Shown here: one piece after another, positions 36,640 to 46,782 of the stretch
Numbering within the stretch: the first letter of the stretch is position 1
Layout: every line of letters begins with the position of its first letter
Assembly (NCBI GenBank): GCA_022710645.1
Contig: JAKLGL010000002.1
Location: forward strand, 78,337 to 142,336
Direction: 5' to 3'
DNA from: Patescibacteria group bacterium
GTDB taxonomy: Bacteria; Patescibacteriota; Patescibacteriia; Magasanikbacterales; GWA2-37-8
DNA length: 64,000 bases
Translations under genes and position numbers: made by a program
Notes under the pieces: generated by a model
What the model was told of the DNA's origin: nothing
What the model saw: the letters and a program-made list of their open reading frames with translations, nothing else
Database searches by the model: none

Positions 36640-38844
36640 ATGAAAACACTCGTAATCGTAGAATCTCCTACAAAAGCCAAGACTATTTCCAAATTTTTAG
36701 GACGAAATTTCACTATTAAGTCCTCTTTTGGTCATGTCCGAGATTTACCAAAAAGCAAGCTCAGTATTGATGTTGAACATGATTTTGTGCCAAAATATAT
36801 AGTTTCCAAAGATAAAACCAAGGTTGTCAAAGAACTAAAAGACGCGGCCAAAAAAGCAGATGAAATAATACTGGCAAGCGATGAGGACCGCGAAGGAGAA
36901 GCTATTGCCTGGCATTTGTCCGAAATTTTGGATTTGAAAAAGAAAGATCTCAAACGCATCACTTTCCACGAAATTACCAAACATGCTATTGAAGAAGCTC
37001 TCAAACATCCGCGCGAATTGGACATGAACTTGGTGGATGCGCAACAAGCTCGTCGTGTATTGGATAGACTTGTCGGTTATGAATTATCTCCGTTTTTATG
37101 GCGTAAAGTCGCCAAAGGATTATCTGCCGGACGCGTGCAATCTGTAGCTGTCCGCTTGATTGTAGAACGCGAACGTGAAATCAAAGATTTTAAAACCGAA
37201 GAATATTGGAGTTTGGACGGATTTTTTTCCAAAAACAAAAGTTCTTCTTTTGAAGCAAAATTGCATTCCATCGCTGACAAAAAATTGGACAAAATGGATT
37301 TGAAAAACGAAGAACAAGTAAATAAAATAATCGCTGATTTGGAAAATCAAAAATACACTATAAAAGATTTAGAGAAAAAACAAACCAAACGCAATCCTCT
37401 ACCTCCTTTTACCACTTCCACTCTGCAACAAGAAGCCAATAACGCTCTGGGTTTTTCCGCCAAACAAACTATGATGTTGGCGCAAAAACTTTACGAAGGC
37501 GTGGAGCTCGGAACCGAAGGACATGTCGGTCTCATCACTTATATGAGAACCGATGCGGTAAATTTATCGGAAAAATTTTTAAATGAAGCCCAAGATGTTA
37601 TCGCCAAAGAATATGGTGCAAAATACGGATTGAAAGAACCGAGATTTTATAAAAACAAAAATAAAAACGCGCAAGAAGCGCATGAAGCTATTCGTCCGAC
37701 AGATGTTTTCCGCACACCAAAATCAGTAGAACCGTATTTGGACAGAAATCAATTTCGACTTTATGATTTGATTTGGCGTCGAGCCGTAGCCACCCAAATG
37801 GCGGAAGCGGAAATGAATTCCGTAAGCATGGATGTAGTATCTGAAAACAATTATTTATTCCGCGCTACCGGTCAAACTATTATTTTTGACGGTTTCTTGA
37901 AATTATTTCCGGAAAAATCCAAAGAAAACGCTTTGCCGGAACTCACTACCGGAGATAAGGTTGATTGTGATGAATTAAAACCTGAACAACATTTCACCGA
38001 ACCGCCGGCCCGATATAGCGATGCTACATTGGTCAAAGCCATGGAAGAATTCGGTATCGGCCGTCCGAGTACTTATGCTCCGACTATCGCCACGATTGAA
38101 AGTCGCGGATATGTTGATCGTGATGAAAAAAAACGTCTCGCTCCAACCGATATTGCCTTTTTGGTAAATGATGTTTTGGTAGAACATTTCGCGCAAATCG
38201 TGGATTATAAATTTACCGCGGAAATGGAAGAATCTCTTGATGAAATCGCGGAAGGAAAAAAACAATGGCCTCCGGTGATTCGCGCTTTTTATACACCTTT
38301 CAAAGAAAATTTGGTTGCCAAAGACAAAGAATTGGTAAAAAAAGATATTGTGGAAATGGAAACAAATGAAGTTTGTGAAAAATGCGGAAAACCAATGGTT
38401 ATCAAAACTTCTCGTTATGGAAAATTTCTCGCTTGTACCGGTTATCCGGAATGTAAAAATACCAAAAATATCAATCGTGACGGTAAAGTGGAAGAAAAAG
38501 CTCCGGAAGAAATAACCGGTGAAAAATGTGAAAAATGCGGTGGCGATATGATCAAGAAGGTCGGGCGTTTTGGTCCTTTTATGGCCTGTGCCAACTATCC
38601 AAAATGTAAAAATATCAAAAATATCGATGTAAAAATAGATATGAAATGCCCGAAATGCAATATTGGCGATATTGTTCAGAAAAAAAGTAAACGCGGAAAA
38701 ATATTTTTCGGATGCAGTAAATATCCGGATTGTGATTTTGCGCTTTGGGATAAACCGACCGGTAAATTTTGCGAAAAGTGTAAATCTCCGATGGTAACTG
38801 ATAGAAAAGGCGTGGAAAAATGCAGTAATAAAGAATGCGAATAA
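36640..38844 (+). CDS. topA: DNA topoisomerase I with C-terminal zinc ribbons.
   Basis: Toprim N-terminus MKTLVIVESPTKAK, a catalytic Tyr region, and repeated CxxC..CxxC (CEKCGKPM..., CPKCN...). Two hairpins downstream at 38851-38912. Confidence 0.9.
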   Translation: MKTLVIVESPTKAKTISKFLGRNFTIKSSFGHVRDLPKSKLSIDVEHDFVPKYIVSKDKTKVVKELKDAAKKADEIILASDEDREGEAIAWHLSEILDLKKKDLKRITFHEITKHAIEEALKHPRELDMNLVDAQQARRVLDRLVGYELSPFLWRKVAKGLSAGRVQSVAVRLIVEREREIKDFKTEEYWSLDGFFSKNKSSSFEAKLHSIADKKLDKMDLKNEEQVNKIIADLENQKYTIKDLEKKQTKRNPLPPFTTSTLQQEANNALGFSAKQTMMLAQKLYEGVELGTEGHVGLITYMRTDAVNLSEKFLNEAQDVIAKEYGAKYGLKEPRFYKNKNKNAQEAHEAIRPTDVFRTPKSVEPYLDRNQFRLYDLIWRRAVATQMAEAEMNSVSMDVVSENNYLFRATGQTIIFDGFLKLFPEKSKENALPELTTGDKVDCDELKPEQHFTEPPARYSDATLVKAMEEFGIGRPSTYAPTIATIESRGYVDRDEKKRLAPTDIAFLVNDVLVEHFAQIVDYKFTAEMEESLDEIAEGKKQWPPVIRAFYTPFKENLVAKDKELVKKDIVEMETNEVCEKCGKPMVIKTSRYGKFLACTGYPECKNTKNINRDGKVEEKAPEEITGEKCEKCGGDMIKKVGRFGPFMACANYPKCKNIKNIDVKIDMKCPKCNIGDIVQKKSKRGKIFFGCSKYPDCDFALWDKPTGKFCEKCKSPMVTDRKGVEKCSNKECE

Positions 38845-39165
38845 AAAAACAAAACCTTCCTGATTACGGGAGGGTTTTTTAAAAGCGAAACACCTCCCCA
38901 GGGGGGAAGTGTTTCTAAATTGCGCAACGGCGAGACGCCTTAATGCCTTTGGTAATGCCAAGGTTCTGCCGCAACGCAAAATAATAATAACAAAAAAGAA
39001 TAAAAAAAGCAAGATAAAAAGCAAAACTCCGTGCCCAATAAATTGTGCACGGAGTTAAGCCAGCTTTAAAGGCTATCTTGACATTACCAAATATAATATA
39101 GCACATTTTTGGCATCTTGTCAAGAGTTGAATTTGAGGATATGATATATAGTAGAGATAAATTTT

Positions 39166-40671
39166 ATGAAAAGAGGTTGGTTTTTCGAAATTCCCAAAAA
39201 TTTAGATGCAAATTTGCTTTTTAAAGAATTAAAAACATACTGTTCACCAAGCGATGTTGAACGGGCTGTTTTAGCGTATGACTATGCCGCAGAAGCTCAT
39301 AAAGACAAGAAGAGATATTCCGGAGAACCTTATATTACCCACCCCTTAACTGCCGCATATTTTCTCGCCAAAATGCATATTGATATAAATATCGTTATTG
39401 CCGGGCTGCTTCATGACGTGCCGGAAGACGCCGGCATACCATTGGAAGAAATAGCTAAAAATTTCGGCGACGATATCGCCGGAATGATCAAAGGCATCAC
39501 TAAACTTGGTAAATTGAAATACCGCGGCTTGGAAAGATATATAGAAAATCTGCGTAAAATGTTTTTGGCTATGGCCGAGGACATGCGCGTGATGATTATC
39601 AAATTCGCGGACCGTATTCACAATCTGAAAACTTTGGAATTTCACACTCCGGCCAAACAATATCGCATTGCCAAAGAAAGCTTAGAAATTTACGCCCCTA
39701 TTGCCAACCGTCTCGGTATGGGCGAATTTAAAGGCGCTTTGGAAGATCTTTCTTTTCCCTATGTTTATCCGGAAGAATACGCCAGGGTTAAAAAAATTCG
39801 TGATAATTTCATCTCCGAATCCGAAGAATATTTGGAACAAACTATGGAAACCGCCAAAAAAGAATTGGCTAAAAATAATATTCAAACGATCGATGTTCAT
39901 GGCCGAAAAAAACAACTTTACAGTTTATATCAAAAATGTTTGGCAAAAAACTGGATGGTTGATCAAATTTACGATATTGTGGCTTTGCGTGTGGTGGTAA
40001 AAGATTTAGGAGACTGTTATGCGGCACTTGGCATCATCCATAAACTTTGGCGACCGCTCAAAGGACGTATCAAAGATTACATCGCCCAACCAAAACCAAA
40101 CGGTTATCAATCATTACACACCACTGTTTTTTGCGATGACGGTAAAATAGTGGAATTTCAAATTCGCACCCCTGAAATGCATGACGAAGCCGAATATGGT
40201 ATCGCCGCTCATTGGCATTATGATGAAAAAGGTAAAGCTAAAATACCGAATCGCGATATACCTTGGGCCAAAGAACTGGCTAAAATTCAAAAAGAGATTC
40301 TCAATAATATGTCCGATTTGGAAAATTTAAAATTGGATTTTTTCCAAAATCGAATCTTTATTTTTACTCCGGTCGGCGATGTTATAGACTTACCTGAAAA
40401 CGCCACTCCAGTTGATTTTGCTTATCAAATACACACCGACGTAGGAAACAAATGTATCGGCGCAAAAATAAACGATCAAATGGTCAGTTTGGATACTCCT
40501 TTGAAAAACGGAGATGTGGTGGAAATATTGGTAGACCGAACACGAAAAAATCCCAATTCCGACTGGCTGGAATTTGTAAAAACAAACAGCGCTAAAACAA
40601 AAATTAAAGAAGCTCTCAATAATAATAAAACCAACTGGTTAAAGAAATTGATTCCGCCATTAAAAAAATAG
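39166..40671 (+). CDS. RelA/SpoT-family (p)ppGpp synthetase/hydrolase, short form ending after the TGS domain.
   Basis: HD motif HDVPEDAG, synthetase domain, and a TGS domain (IFIFTPVGDVIDLPENATPVDFAYQIHTDVG). 501 aa, no ACT region. Confidence 0.85.
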   Translation: MKRGWFFEIPKNLDANLLFKELKTYCSPSDVERAVLAYDYAAEAHKDKKRYSGEPYITHPLTAAYFLAKMHIDINIVIAGLLHDVPEDAGIPLEEIAKNFGDDIAGMIKGITKLGKLKYRGLERYIENLRKMFLAMAEDMRVMIIKFADRIHNLKTLEFHTPAKQYRIAKESLEIYAPIANRLGMGEFKGALEDLSFPYVYPEEYARVKKIRDNFISESEEYLEQTMETAKKELAKNNIQTIDVHGRKKQLYSLYQKCLAKNWMVDQIYDIVALRVVVKDLGDCYAALGIIHKLWRPLKGRIKDYIAQPKPNGYQSLHTTVFCDDGKIVEFQIRTPEMHDEAEYGIAAHWHYDEKGKAKIPNRDIPWAKELAKIQKEILNNMSDLENLKLDFFQNRIFIFTPVGDVIDLPENATPVDFAYQIHTDVGNKCIGAKINDQMVSLDTPLKNGDVVEILVDRTRKNPNSDWLEFVKTNSAKTKIKEALNNNKTNWLKKLIPPLKK

Positions 40672-40713
40672 ACCTAACTAATAGGTCTATTTTTTTAATA
40701 CAAAATTATAAAA

Positions 40714-41637
40714 TTATTCAAGGCCGGTAATTTTACGGATAAGTTGAGCAAGCTCATCTTTGGAATAATAACTGATATTGATACTTCCACTTTCCCCGCG
40801 AGCGGTAATGGAAACTTTTGTTCCCAAAGATTCGCGAAGTTTTTCTTCCAAAAATAACAGGTTGGCGTCTCTTTTGATCGGAATTTTTTTAATTCTAACT
40901 TTTTGCGTTTCACGTTCCAGTTCTCGAACAGTTATCTTTTTTCCTAACATGGAGGCCAACATATCCAATCTTTCCTTGTCCGAAGGCAAAGAAAGAAGAG
41001 CTCTGGCTTGTCCGGTGTTTATTTTTCCCTCAACTAAAGATTCTTTAATTTGTTCGGGCAAATCCAAAAGACGCAACGTATTGGCTACGGCTGAACGACT
41101 TTTTCCCACCCTGTCGGCCACCTCTTCCTGGGTCAAATCAAATTCTTCTACTAGACGTCGATAAGCAAAAGCTTCTTCCAAAGGATTTAGATCGGCGCGT
41201 TGAACATTTTCTATCAAAGCTATTTCCAATTTTTCTTGATCTTTATATTGTTTTATGATCGCTGGCACTGTCGCCAAACCGGCAATCTTGCTGGCGCGCC
41301 AGCGACGTTCACCGGCAATTATTTCATAATTCCCATCGATTTTTTCCGATAAAATCAAAGGTTGTAAAACTCCGTGTTTTTTGATACTTTCCGCTAACTC
41401 ATTCAAAGGTTCGGCTTTGAAATTTTTACGCGGCTGATCTGGATTTCCGGTAATTTTACTTACGGGAACAAACCAAATATTTCCAGATTCGTTTTTTAAT
41501 TCTTTTTTTACATCATTTTTTTCTTTTTCAGAAACAACAACATCAGCCGGTTTCAAAATAACCGGCGCTGTAGCTACCTCTTTCTTTTGATTGTTATTGG
41601 CAGAAATTAAAGCACCCAAACCGCGTCCTAAAGACAT
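40714..41637 (-). CDS. parB: Chromosome partitioning protein ParB/Spo0J.
   Basis: ParB box GERRWRASKIAG and an HTH region. 307 aa. Confidence 0.85.
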   Translation of the reverse strand: MSLGRGLGALISANNNQKKEVATAPVILKPADVVVSEKEKNDVKKELKNESGNIWFVPVSKITGNPDQPRKNFKAEPLNELAESIKKHGVLQPLILSEKIDGNYEIIAGERRWRASKIAGLATVPAIIKQYKDQEKLEIALIENVQRADLNPLEEAFAYRRLVEEFDLTQEEVADRVGKSRSAVANTLRLLDLPEQIKESLVEGKINTGQARALLSLPSDKERLDMLASMLGKKITVRELERETQKVRIKKIPIKRDANLLFLEEKLRESLGTKVSITARGESGSINISYYSKDELAQLIRKITGLE

Positions 41638-41666
41638 AAAATTAAGTTAAAAGTTGCAAGTTAAAA

Positions 41667-42452
41667 TTAAATATTATTAGAATTGCTGTTTTCAAATCTT
41701 TCCATCAATTCCCTGCTTAATCTTTCATAGGCTTTTGCTCCTTTACCACTGGGTTCATAATGAAAAATACTTTTTCCGTAAGAAGGAGCTTCAGCTAAAC
41801 GCACGGTACGCGGAATGACGGAACGAAAAATATTGTTGGGAAAATATTTATAAAGTTCATGCAACACTTCTTCGGATAATCTATTACGGCTGTCAAACAT
41901 GGTTAAAACCGCACCCAAAACATTAAGCTCAGGTTTAACATTTTCTCTCACCAATTCAATAGTTTTGAGAAGTTGTCCTAAACCCTCTAAAGCATAATAT
42001 TCAGCCTGTACAGGAATGAGAATATGATCAGCCGCCACTAAACCGTTTAAAGTCAAAATACCAAGAGAAGGCGGGCAATCTATAATAATATAATCATAAG
42101 CATGTTTGGCTTGCGCTAAAATATCATCTAATTTAAATTCGCGTCTATCCAAATTAACCAATTCTACATTAGCTCCGGCTAAATCGGCGGTTGCGGGAAT
42201 AATGCGTAAACCTTCATGTTTGGAATTGACAATAACATCATGAACAGGGTGTTCATTAATCAATGCGTGATAAAGCCCTTTTTCAAGTTCATTGTGATTT
42301 ACTCCCAACCCCGAAGTGGCGTTGGCTTGAGGATCCAAATCTACAAGTAACACAAATTTCCCCAATTCGGCTAAACCGGCGGCTAAATTTACAGCTGTTG
42401 TAGTTTTACCCACACCCCCTTTTTGATTAACTACAGAGATAACTTTGGACAT
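41667..42452 (-). CDS. parA: Chromosome partitioning ATPase ParA/Soj. Start reassigned to MSKVISVV.
   Basis: Deviant Walker A KGGVGKTT. The track ORF begins 22 codons upstream with non-ParA residues. Confidence 0.85.
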   Translation of the reverse strand: MSKVISVVNQKGGVGKTTTAVNLAAGLAELGKFVLLVDLDPQANATSGLGVNHNELEKGLYHALINEHPVHDVIVNSKHEGLRIIPATADLAGANVELVNLDRREFKLDDILAQAKHAYDYIIIDCPPSLGILTLNGLVAADHILIPVQAEYYALEGLGQLLKTIELVRENVKPELNVLGAVLTMFDSRNRLSEEVLHELYKYFPNNIFRSVIPRTVRLAEAPSYGKSIFHYEPSGKGAKAYERLSRELMERFENSNSNNI

Positions 42453-42548
42453 ATATTGAAAAATTAGCCAAAAATTCATGACTGTGTTTATTTTAACACA
42501 AGCTTGACAAAAAATCAAAATATTGATATTATTATTGACATAAAACTT

Positions 42549-42600
42549 GCCCTGGTGGCGGCCCCATCACCTAAACTTCGTTTGGTGAGGGACTACAAGA
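42549..42600 (+). other. Exact 13-nt copy of the 5' end of tRNA-Leu (GCCCTGGTGGCGG), followed by a GC hairpin. It lies 90 nt upstream of the intact tRNA.
   Basis: GCCCTGGTGGCGG-CCCCATCACC-taaacttcgtt-TGGTGAGGGAC. Confidence 0.4.
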
Positions 42601-42650
42601 TAACCAAAAGTTATTAAAATGGTGGCTTAATTAAAAATTCAAAATCATTT

Positions 42651-42732
42651 GCCCTGGTGGCGGAATTGGTAGACGCGCACGACTCAAAATCGTGTACCGC
42701 AAGGTGTGAGAGTTCGATTCTCTCCTAGGGCA
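42651..42732 (+). tRNA. tRNA-Leu, anticodon CAA, class II with a long variable arm (82 nt).
   Basis: GCCCTGG..CACGA-CTCAAAA-TCGTG..GAGAG-TTCGATT-CTCTC-CTAGGGC-A. Terminator at 42743-42770. Confidence 0.8.
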
Positions 42733-42802
42733 CTTAAAATAAAAACAGGCTTAATGCCTGTTTTTATTTTAGGCGGGGTACCCTAGGCGAAAATCGAACT
42801 TT

Positions 42803-43372
42803 TTACAATATAATCAAGTTCGCTACTAAACCAAAAATTACCACACTGAGCATATCTTGAATAACTGTAGCAATAGGCCCAGTACCAGCAGCCGGATCTT
42901 TATTGGCTGATTGAAAAGCGTGCGCCACCAACAAAGCTACGACAGGCGCAGTGGCAATAGCTACAAAAGAAGCTATTGAAACGGTTAAGGACAATAAATT
43001 ACTACGGAGCCACAATAATGTAACTACTCCGGAAACAATGCCAAAAATAAGACCAAAAATCACTCCCAAAGAAAATTCTTTGTGTAGATACTTACTAAAA
43101 TCAGCTTTACCGGTCTTCAAATCTCTGGAATAAATAGCTTCGGTTTGTGTCCCTATAGCATCAGCCACATAAACCACAAAAGGCAAAAAGAAAGCCAATT
43201 GAACATTTTTTAATAAAACTTCTTCAAAGTTGGAAGTTACAAAAGAAATACCAATACCGAGCATTAATCCGAGCATCAAGGCCGGAGCTCTCAATTTAAA
43301 AAGCGTTCCTATTGATTCGTAATCATCATCGGCATACTGACAATGATTGTGATTTGGATTTTGATTATTCAT
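42803..43372 (-). CDS. MgtE-like divalent cation transporter, membrane domain only (189 aa).
   Basis: NKDPAAGTGPIATVIQDMLSVVIF matches the MgtE TM-domain signature. There is no N-terminal or CBS cytoplasmic domain. Confidence 0.55.
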   Translation of the reverse strand: MNNQNPNHNHCQYADDDYESIGTLFKLRAPALMLGLMLGIGISFVTSNFEEVLLKNVQLAFFLPFVVYVADAIGTQTEAIYSRDLKTGKADFSKYLHKEFSLGVIFGLIFGIVSGVVTLLWLRSNLLSLTVSIASFVAIATAPVVALLVAHAFQSANKDPAAGTGPIATVIQDMLSVVIFGLVANLIIL

Positions 43373-43479
43373 AAAAAATTATTTTATAAATAAACTTTAG
43401 CAAATTTAGAAGAAACTGTCTAATCAATCATTGAACCGATATTGTTTTTTCTTCAAAAAAAGGCTAAAATAAAGCTACT

Positions 43480-44448
43480 ATGAATTTTATAAATGTCGTT
43501 ATTTACGGATATATTATCACGGCTTGTTTGCTGGTTTATTTTATAATTCGCGATTTGAAAATAGCGGGTTTATTTTTCAATAGAAGAAAAAATCTTAGTT
43601 ATGCTTTAATTACAATTTTAATCTTTGGGGTTTTTATCGCTTTATATTCTCATTTTATTGAACCTTTTATTTTGGTTACTAAAACCATAGAAATAAATGA
43701 TACGAAAATAAAACAACCTTTCAAAATCGCTTTTGTGACTGATATTCAAGTCGGAAATCACAAAAAATCCGTTTGGGTGGAGAAAGTTGTAGAAAAAATT
43801 ATCGATCAAAATCCGGATCTGGTAATTTTTGGTGGAGATTTGATTGATAATGAAGGAACTTTTGAAAACGAAAGTAAATATTTGGAACCTTTGCGAAAAA
43901 TCGCGGAAAAATATCCGAGTTTTTATGTACTTGGCAATCATGAATACGGTTTGGGACAACCGGACAGATCTTTGGATCGTTTAGGCACGGGAAACCGCTC
44001 GCAAGAATTGATAGACGAAATGTCAAAACTGAAAATTTCTCTTTTGCGTAACGAATTGCACTGTTTAAAAATCAAACAACAAGATATTTGTCTTTTTGGT
44101 ATTGACGATATTTATGCCGGTAAAAATGACTATTCGGCATTGGAAAAACTTCCGGAAAAAATTCCTTTGATTTTTATCTCTCATAATCCTGACGGTATTT
44201 TGTCATACCCCGTTATTTTCCGTAAACCAGATTTAGTATTATCTGGACACACTCACGGAGGTCAATTGGCTTTTCCTTTTTTGGGGCCGTTGGGCGAAGC
44301 TGATTTGATTTTGCCAAAAAAATTCTATCGCGGACTTAATTATTGGAACGATATTCCTATTTTCACCTCAGTCGGAGCCGGAGAATCGGGCGGGCAAATA
44401 CGTTTTCTTGCCATTCCGGAAATAGTTTTCATAAATTTATTATCTTGA
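43480..44448 (+). CDS. Membrane-anchored calcineurin-like metallophosphoesterase.
   Basis: GDLID, GNHEY and SGHTHGGQ motifs. N-terminal TM helices. Confidence 0.75.
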   Translation: MNFINVVIYGYIITACLLVYFIIRDLKIAGLFFNRRKNLSYALITILIFGVFIALYSHFIEPFILVTKTIEINDTKIKQPFKIAFVTDIQVGNHKKSVWVEKVVEKIIDQNPDLVIFGGDLIDNEGTFENESKYLEPLRKIAEKYPSFYVLGNHEYGLGQPDRSLDRLGTGNRSQELIDEMSKLKISLLRNELHCLKIKQQDICLFGIDDIYAGKNDYSALEKLPEKIPLIFISHNPDGILSYPVIFRKPDLVLSGHTHGGQLAFPFLGPLGEADLILPKKFYRGLNYWNDIPIFTSVGAGESGGQIRFLAIPEIVFINLLS

Positions 44449-44491
44449 TTTTTAAGCTAATTTTTGCTAAAATAAAGACAATAAAAAATAT

Positions 44492-45499
44492 ATGCTTTAT
44501 CCAAAAAAACTCACTAAACTTAGCCAAATAAGCTTGGTTCACACCTCATCTCCGGTAGAAAGAAAGGATTTGGGTGATTTCAAAAAAGCAATCGAAAAAA
44601 TCCAAAAAGATTATCCGATGACAAAATTCTTTGACGTGGAAAGAAACTCCCTTGACCCACGCTATTTGTCGGCTTCCGGTTTGGAACGGTTGCGAAAACT
44701 ACGTAAAGCCCTAAAAAAAGTAGATTGGCTTTTGCCTGTTTATGGTGGTACCGGTTGCGCTGATATAGTTCGTAAATTATCACCAGAAGATTTATCACGC
44801 ATCAAAAAACGTCGACCTATTGTCAGCGGATTTTCCGATAGTACTTTTTTGATAAACTATTTGTATTTTAAGCTCAAACTTTTAACTTTCAGTTACGCCA
44901 ACGCTTGCGGACTTTATGATCATGACAATAATAAACTTTTTTTTGATATTATTTCCGGAACACAAAGAAATTTTTCTTTTAAAGAAGAAAGCTATAAATG
45001 GATAGGGCATGCCGGAGCGCCGGAAAAACCTATTGAGGGTTTTTGCATCGGTGGTAATTTCAGCACTTTCCGCGATATGCTGGATATTGGTGAAATCAAT
45101 CCCCGCTCTTGGGAAGATTACATTTTATTTATCGAGGAACTTGATATGGATTTGGAAGATTTGCACCGCATCGTAATATCTCTTGATCAGCGCGGAGTTT
45201 TCCGACATATCAAAGCTTTGGTTATCGGAAAAATGAATGAAAAAAAATTATCCGGAGATTATCGTCGTTTTAATTCTATCTTCAATCGCGAACCGGAAGA
45301 AAAATTTACCAATGTTTTTGAATATTTAATTTCCGATGTATTGAAAAAAAGAATGGCAGATAACGACCCGCTTTATATTTTAAAAGTGGAAAATTTCGGT
45401 CACGGGTTAAACAAAAATACAATGATCTTACCTATCGGGGGAAAAACCGTTATACATCCCGATAAAAAAATAGAGTTTGTAGGTCCATTTGTTGAATAA
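44492..45499 (+). CDS. LD-carboxypeptidase (peptidase S66 / MccF-LdcA-like).
   Basis: VSGFSDSTFL matches the S66 GxSDxT nucleophile motif. 335 aa. Confidence 0.65.
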   Translation: MLYPKKLTKLSQISLVHTSSPVERKDLGDFKKAIEKIQKDYPMTKFFDVERNSLDPRYLSASGLERLRKLRKALKKVDWLLPVYGGTGCADIVRKLSPEDLSRIKKRRPIVSGFSDSTFLINYLYFKLKLLTFSYANACGLYDHDNNKLFFDIISGTQRNFSFKEESYKWIGHAGAPEKPIEGFCIGGNFSTFRDMLDIGEINPRSWEDYILFIEELDMDLEDLHRIVISLDQRGVFRHIKALVIGKMNEKKLSGDYRRFNSIFNREPEEKFTNVFEYLISDVLKKRMADNDPLYILKVENFGHGLNKNTMILPIGGKTVIHPDKKIEFVGPFVE

Positions 45500-45545
45500 T
45501 TTTTTTAAACAAAATAAAAAACATCGGAATCAATTCCGATGTTTT

Positions 45546-46265
45546 TTATTTCAATAACGGGCTTGGTAATGGTATCTTTTTTTCGCTATGATAAGCACAA
45601 AAAATGAATAAAAGTTTTTCTTGTTTTTCAAGATCTTCTTCACTCATTTTGATTTGCGGCCAAAGTCCGGTGATAAGTAATTTCAAACTTTGTTTTTCTT
45701 GAGTATTAAAAAACAACATATTATTTGTTTCAATAGTTTTGCTTTTACAATCTTCACAAACACACCCACCGTGGAAAGCGGAAAAATATTTTGTTTCTTT
45801 ATCCTCCCCACAAATGACGCAATTTTTCAAAGTCGGTAAAAATCCAAGTAAGCATAATGATTTCCACAAAAAAGAAATTATTAAAACCCTGTTTGCCTCT
45901 TTGGTATTCTCGAGATAATTCAAGAAACCAAAAACCAAATCAAAAATCTTTTTTTCCGCCGCCCTCTCCGGCAAAATCACGTTTAAAACTTCACAAATAT
46001 ATCCAGCTATCAAACTTTTTTCCAAATTAGCCCGAATGTTTTTGAAACTTTCCACCGGAACAGCTTTGGTCAGGTGCCAAACTTCCTTTCCTTCCACAAT
46101 CTCCGCTTCAATCAAAAAAAACGGCTCCAAATAAGCCGAATTTTTAGCAATAACTTTTTTGACACCTTTGGCTAAAACTTCTATTTTTCCTTTTTCCGCC
46201 GAAAATAAAGCTACTACTTGATCAAATTCTTTTAAATCTCGACGTTTCAAAACAAACGATAACAT
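45546..46265 (-). CDS. recO: DNA repair protein RecO.
   Basis: N-terminal OB fold plus a C-terminal Cys4 motif (CVICGEDK...CEDC). Confidence 0.8.
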   Translation of the reverse strand: MLSFVLKRRDLKEFDQVVALFSAEKGKIEVLAKGVKKVIAKNSAYLEPFFLIEAEIVEGKEVWHLTKAVPVESFKNIRANLEKSLIAGYICEVLNVILPERAAEKKIFDLVFGFLNYLENTKEANRVLIISFLWKSLCLLGFLPTLKNCVICGEDKETKYFSAFHGGCVCEDCKSKTIETNNMLFFNTQEKQSLKLLITGLWPQIKMSEEDLEKQEKLLFIFCAYHSEKKIPLPSPLLK

Positions 46266-46268
46266 ATT

Positions 46269-46652
46269 TTATTTATTTGCTTCCAAATAATCTTGCAAAA
46301 TTATCATTGCAGCTTTTTCATCACGTGTTGCTCCCCCTTCCATTTGGTCTGCAGCAAAAGAACTTAAACGTTCATCATAAAAATCAACAGGAACATTGAT
46401 ATTTTTTTTCAAATCATCAATAAAGGCACGGACCCTTCTGCTATTTGGACTTTCTTGACCTTCCAATGTTAACGGTAAACCAAAAACCACTTTATCGATC
46501 TTTTCTTCATTGATTAATTTGGCTAAATTTAGCAACATTTCCGTTCTATCTTTGCCTCTGATTTGACCATAAGGCAAAACAACGCCGATTTCCATCTGTG
46601 TCCATGCAAGCCCTATTCTTTTTGTTCCAAAATCAACACCTAAAATATTCAT
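46269..46652 (-). CDS. ruvX: Holliday junction resolvase-like RuvX/YqgF.
   Basis: MNILGVDFGTKRIGLA. Confidence 0.85.
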   Translation of the reverse strand: MNILGVDFGTKRIGLAWTQMEIGVVLPYGQIRGKDRTEMLLNLAKLINEEKIDKVVFGLPLTLEGQESPNSRRVRAFIDDLKKNINVPVDFYDERLSSFAADQMEGGATRDEKAAMIILQDYLEANK

Positions 46653-46673
46653 AAATTTATAAAACTCTAAGTT

Positions 46674-46780
46674 CTAATTTCTAAACTCTAAACAATATTT
46701 AAATTCAAATATTTAATTACAAAATTTAAATATTGGATATTAGATATTAAATATTGTTTAGGATTTGGAGCTTAGAATTT
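46674..46780. repeat. MITE-like AT-rich element with terminal inverted repeats. It is the same family as 12247-12364.
   Basis: ctctaagttctaatttctaaactctaaacaatattt ... aaatattgtttaggatttggagcttagaattt. Confidence 0.5.
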
Positions 46781-46782
46781 CA

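Noticed and set aside
37975-39024. A 349-aa minus-strand ORF with F/I/R-rich low-complexity translation.
   Set aside because: It is antisense to topA, has highly biased low-complexity composition, and has no RBS. It is a composition artefact of the AT-rich coding strand.
42503-42540. Two tandem TTGACA hexamers upstream of the tRNA-Leu fragment as a double promoter.
   Set aside because: No acceptably spaced -10 follows either hexamer on the plus strand. The first hexamer is part of the near-palindrome around the parA start region, so I did not call a promoter.
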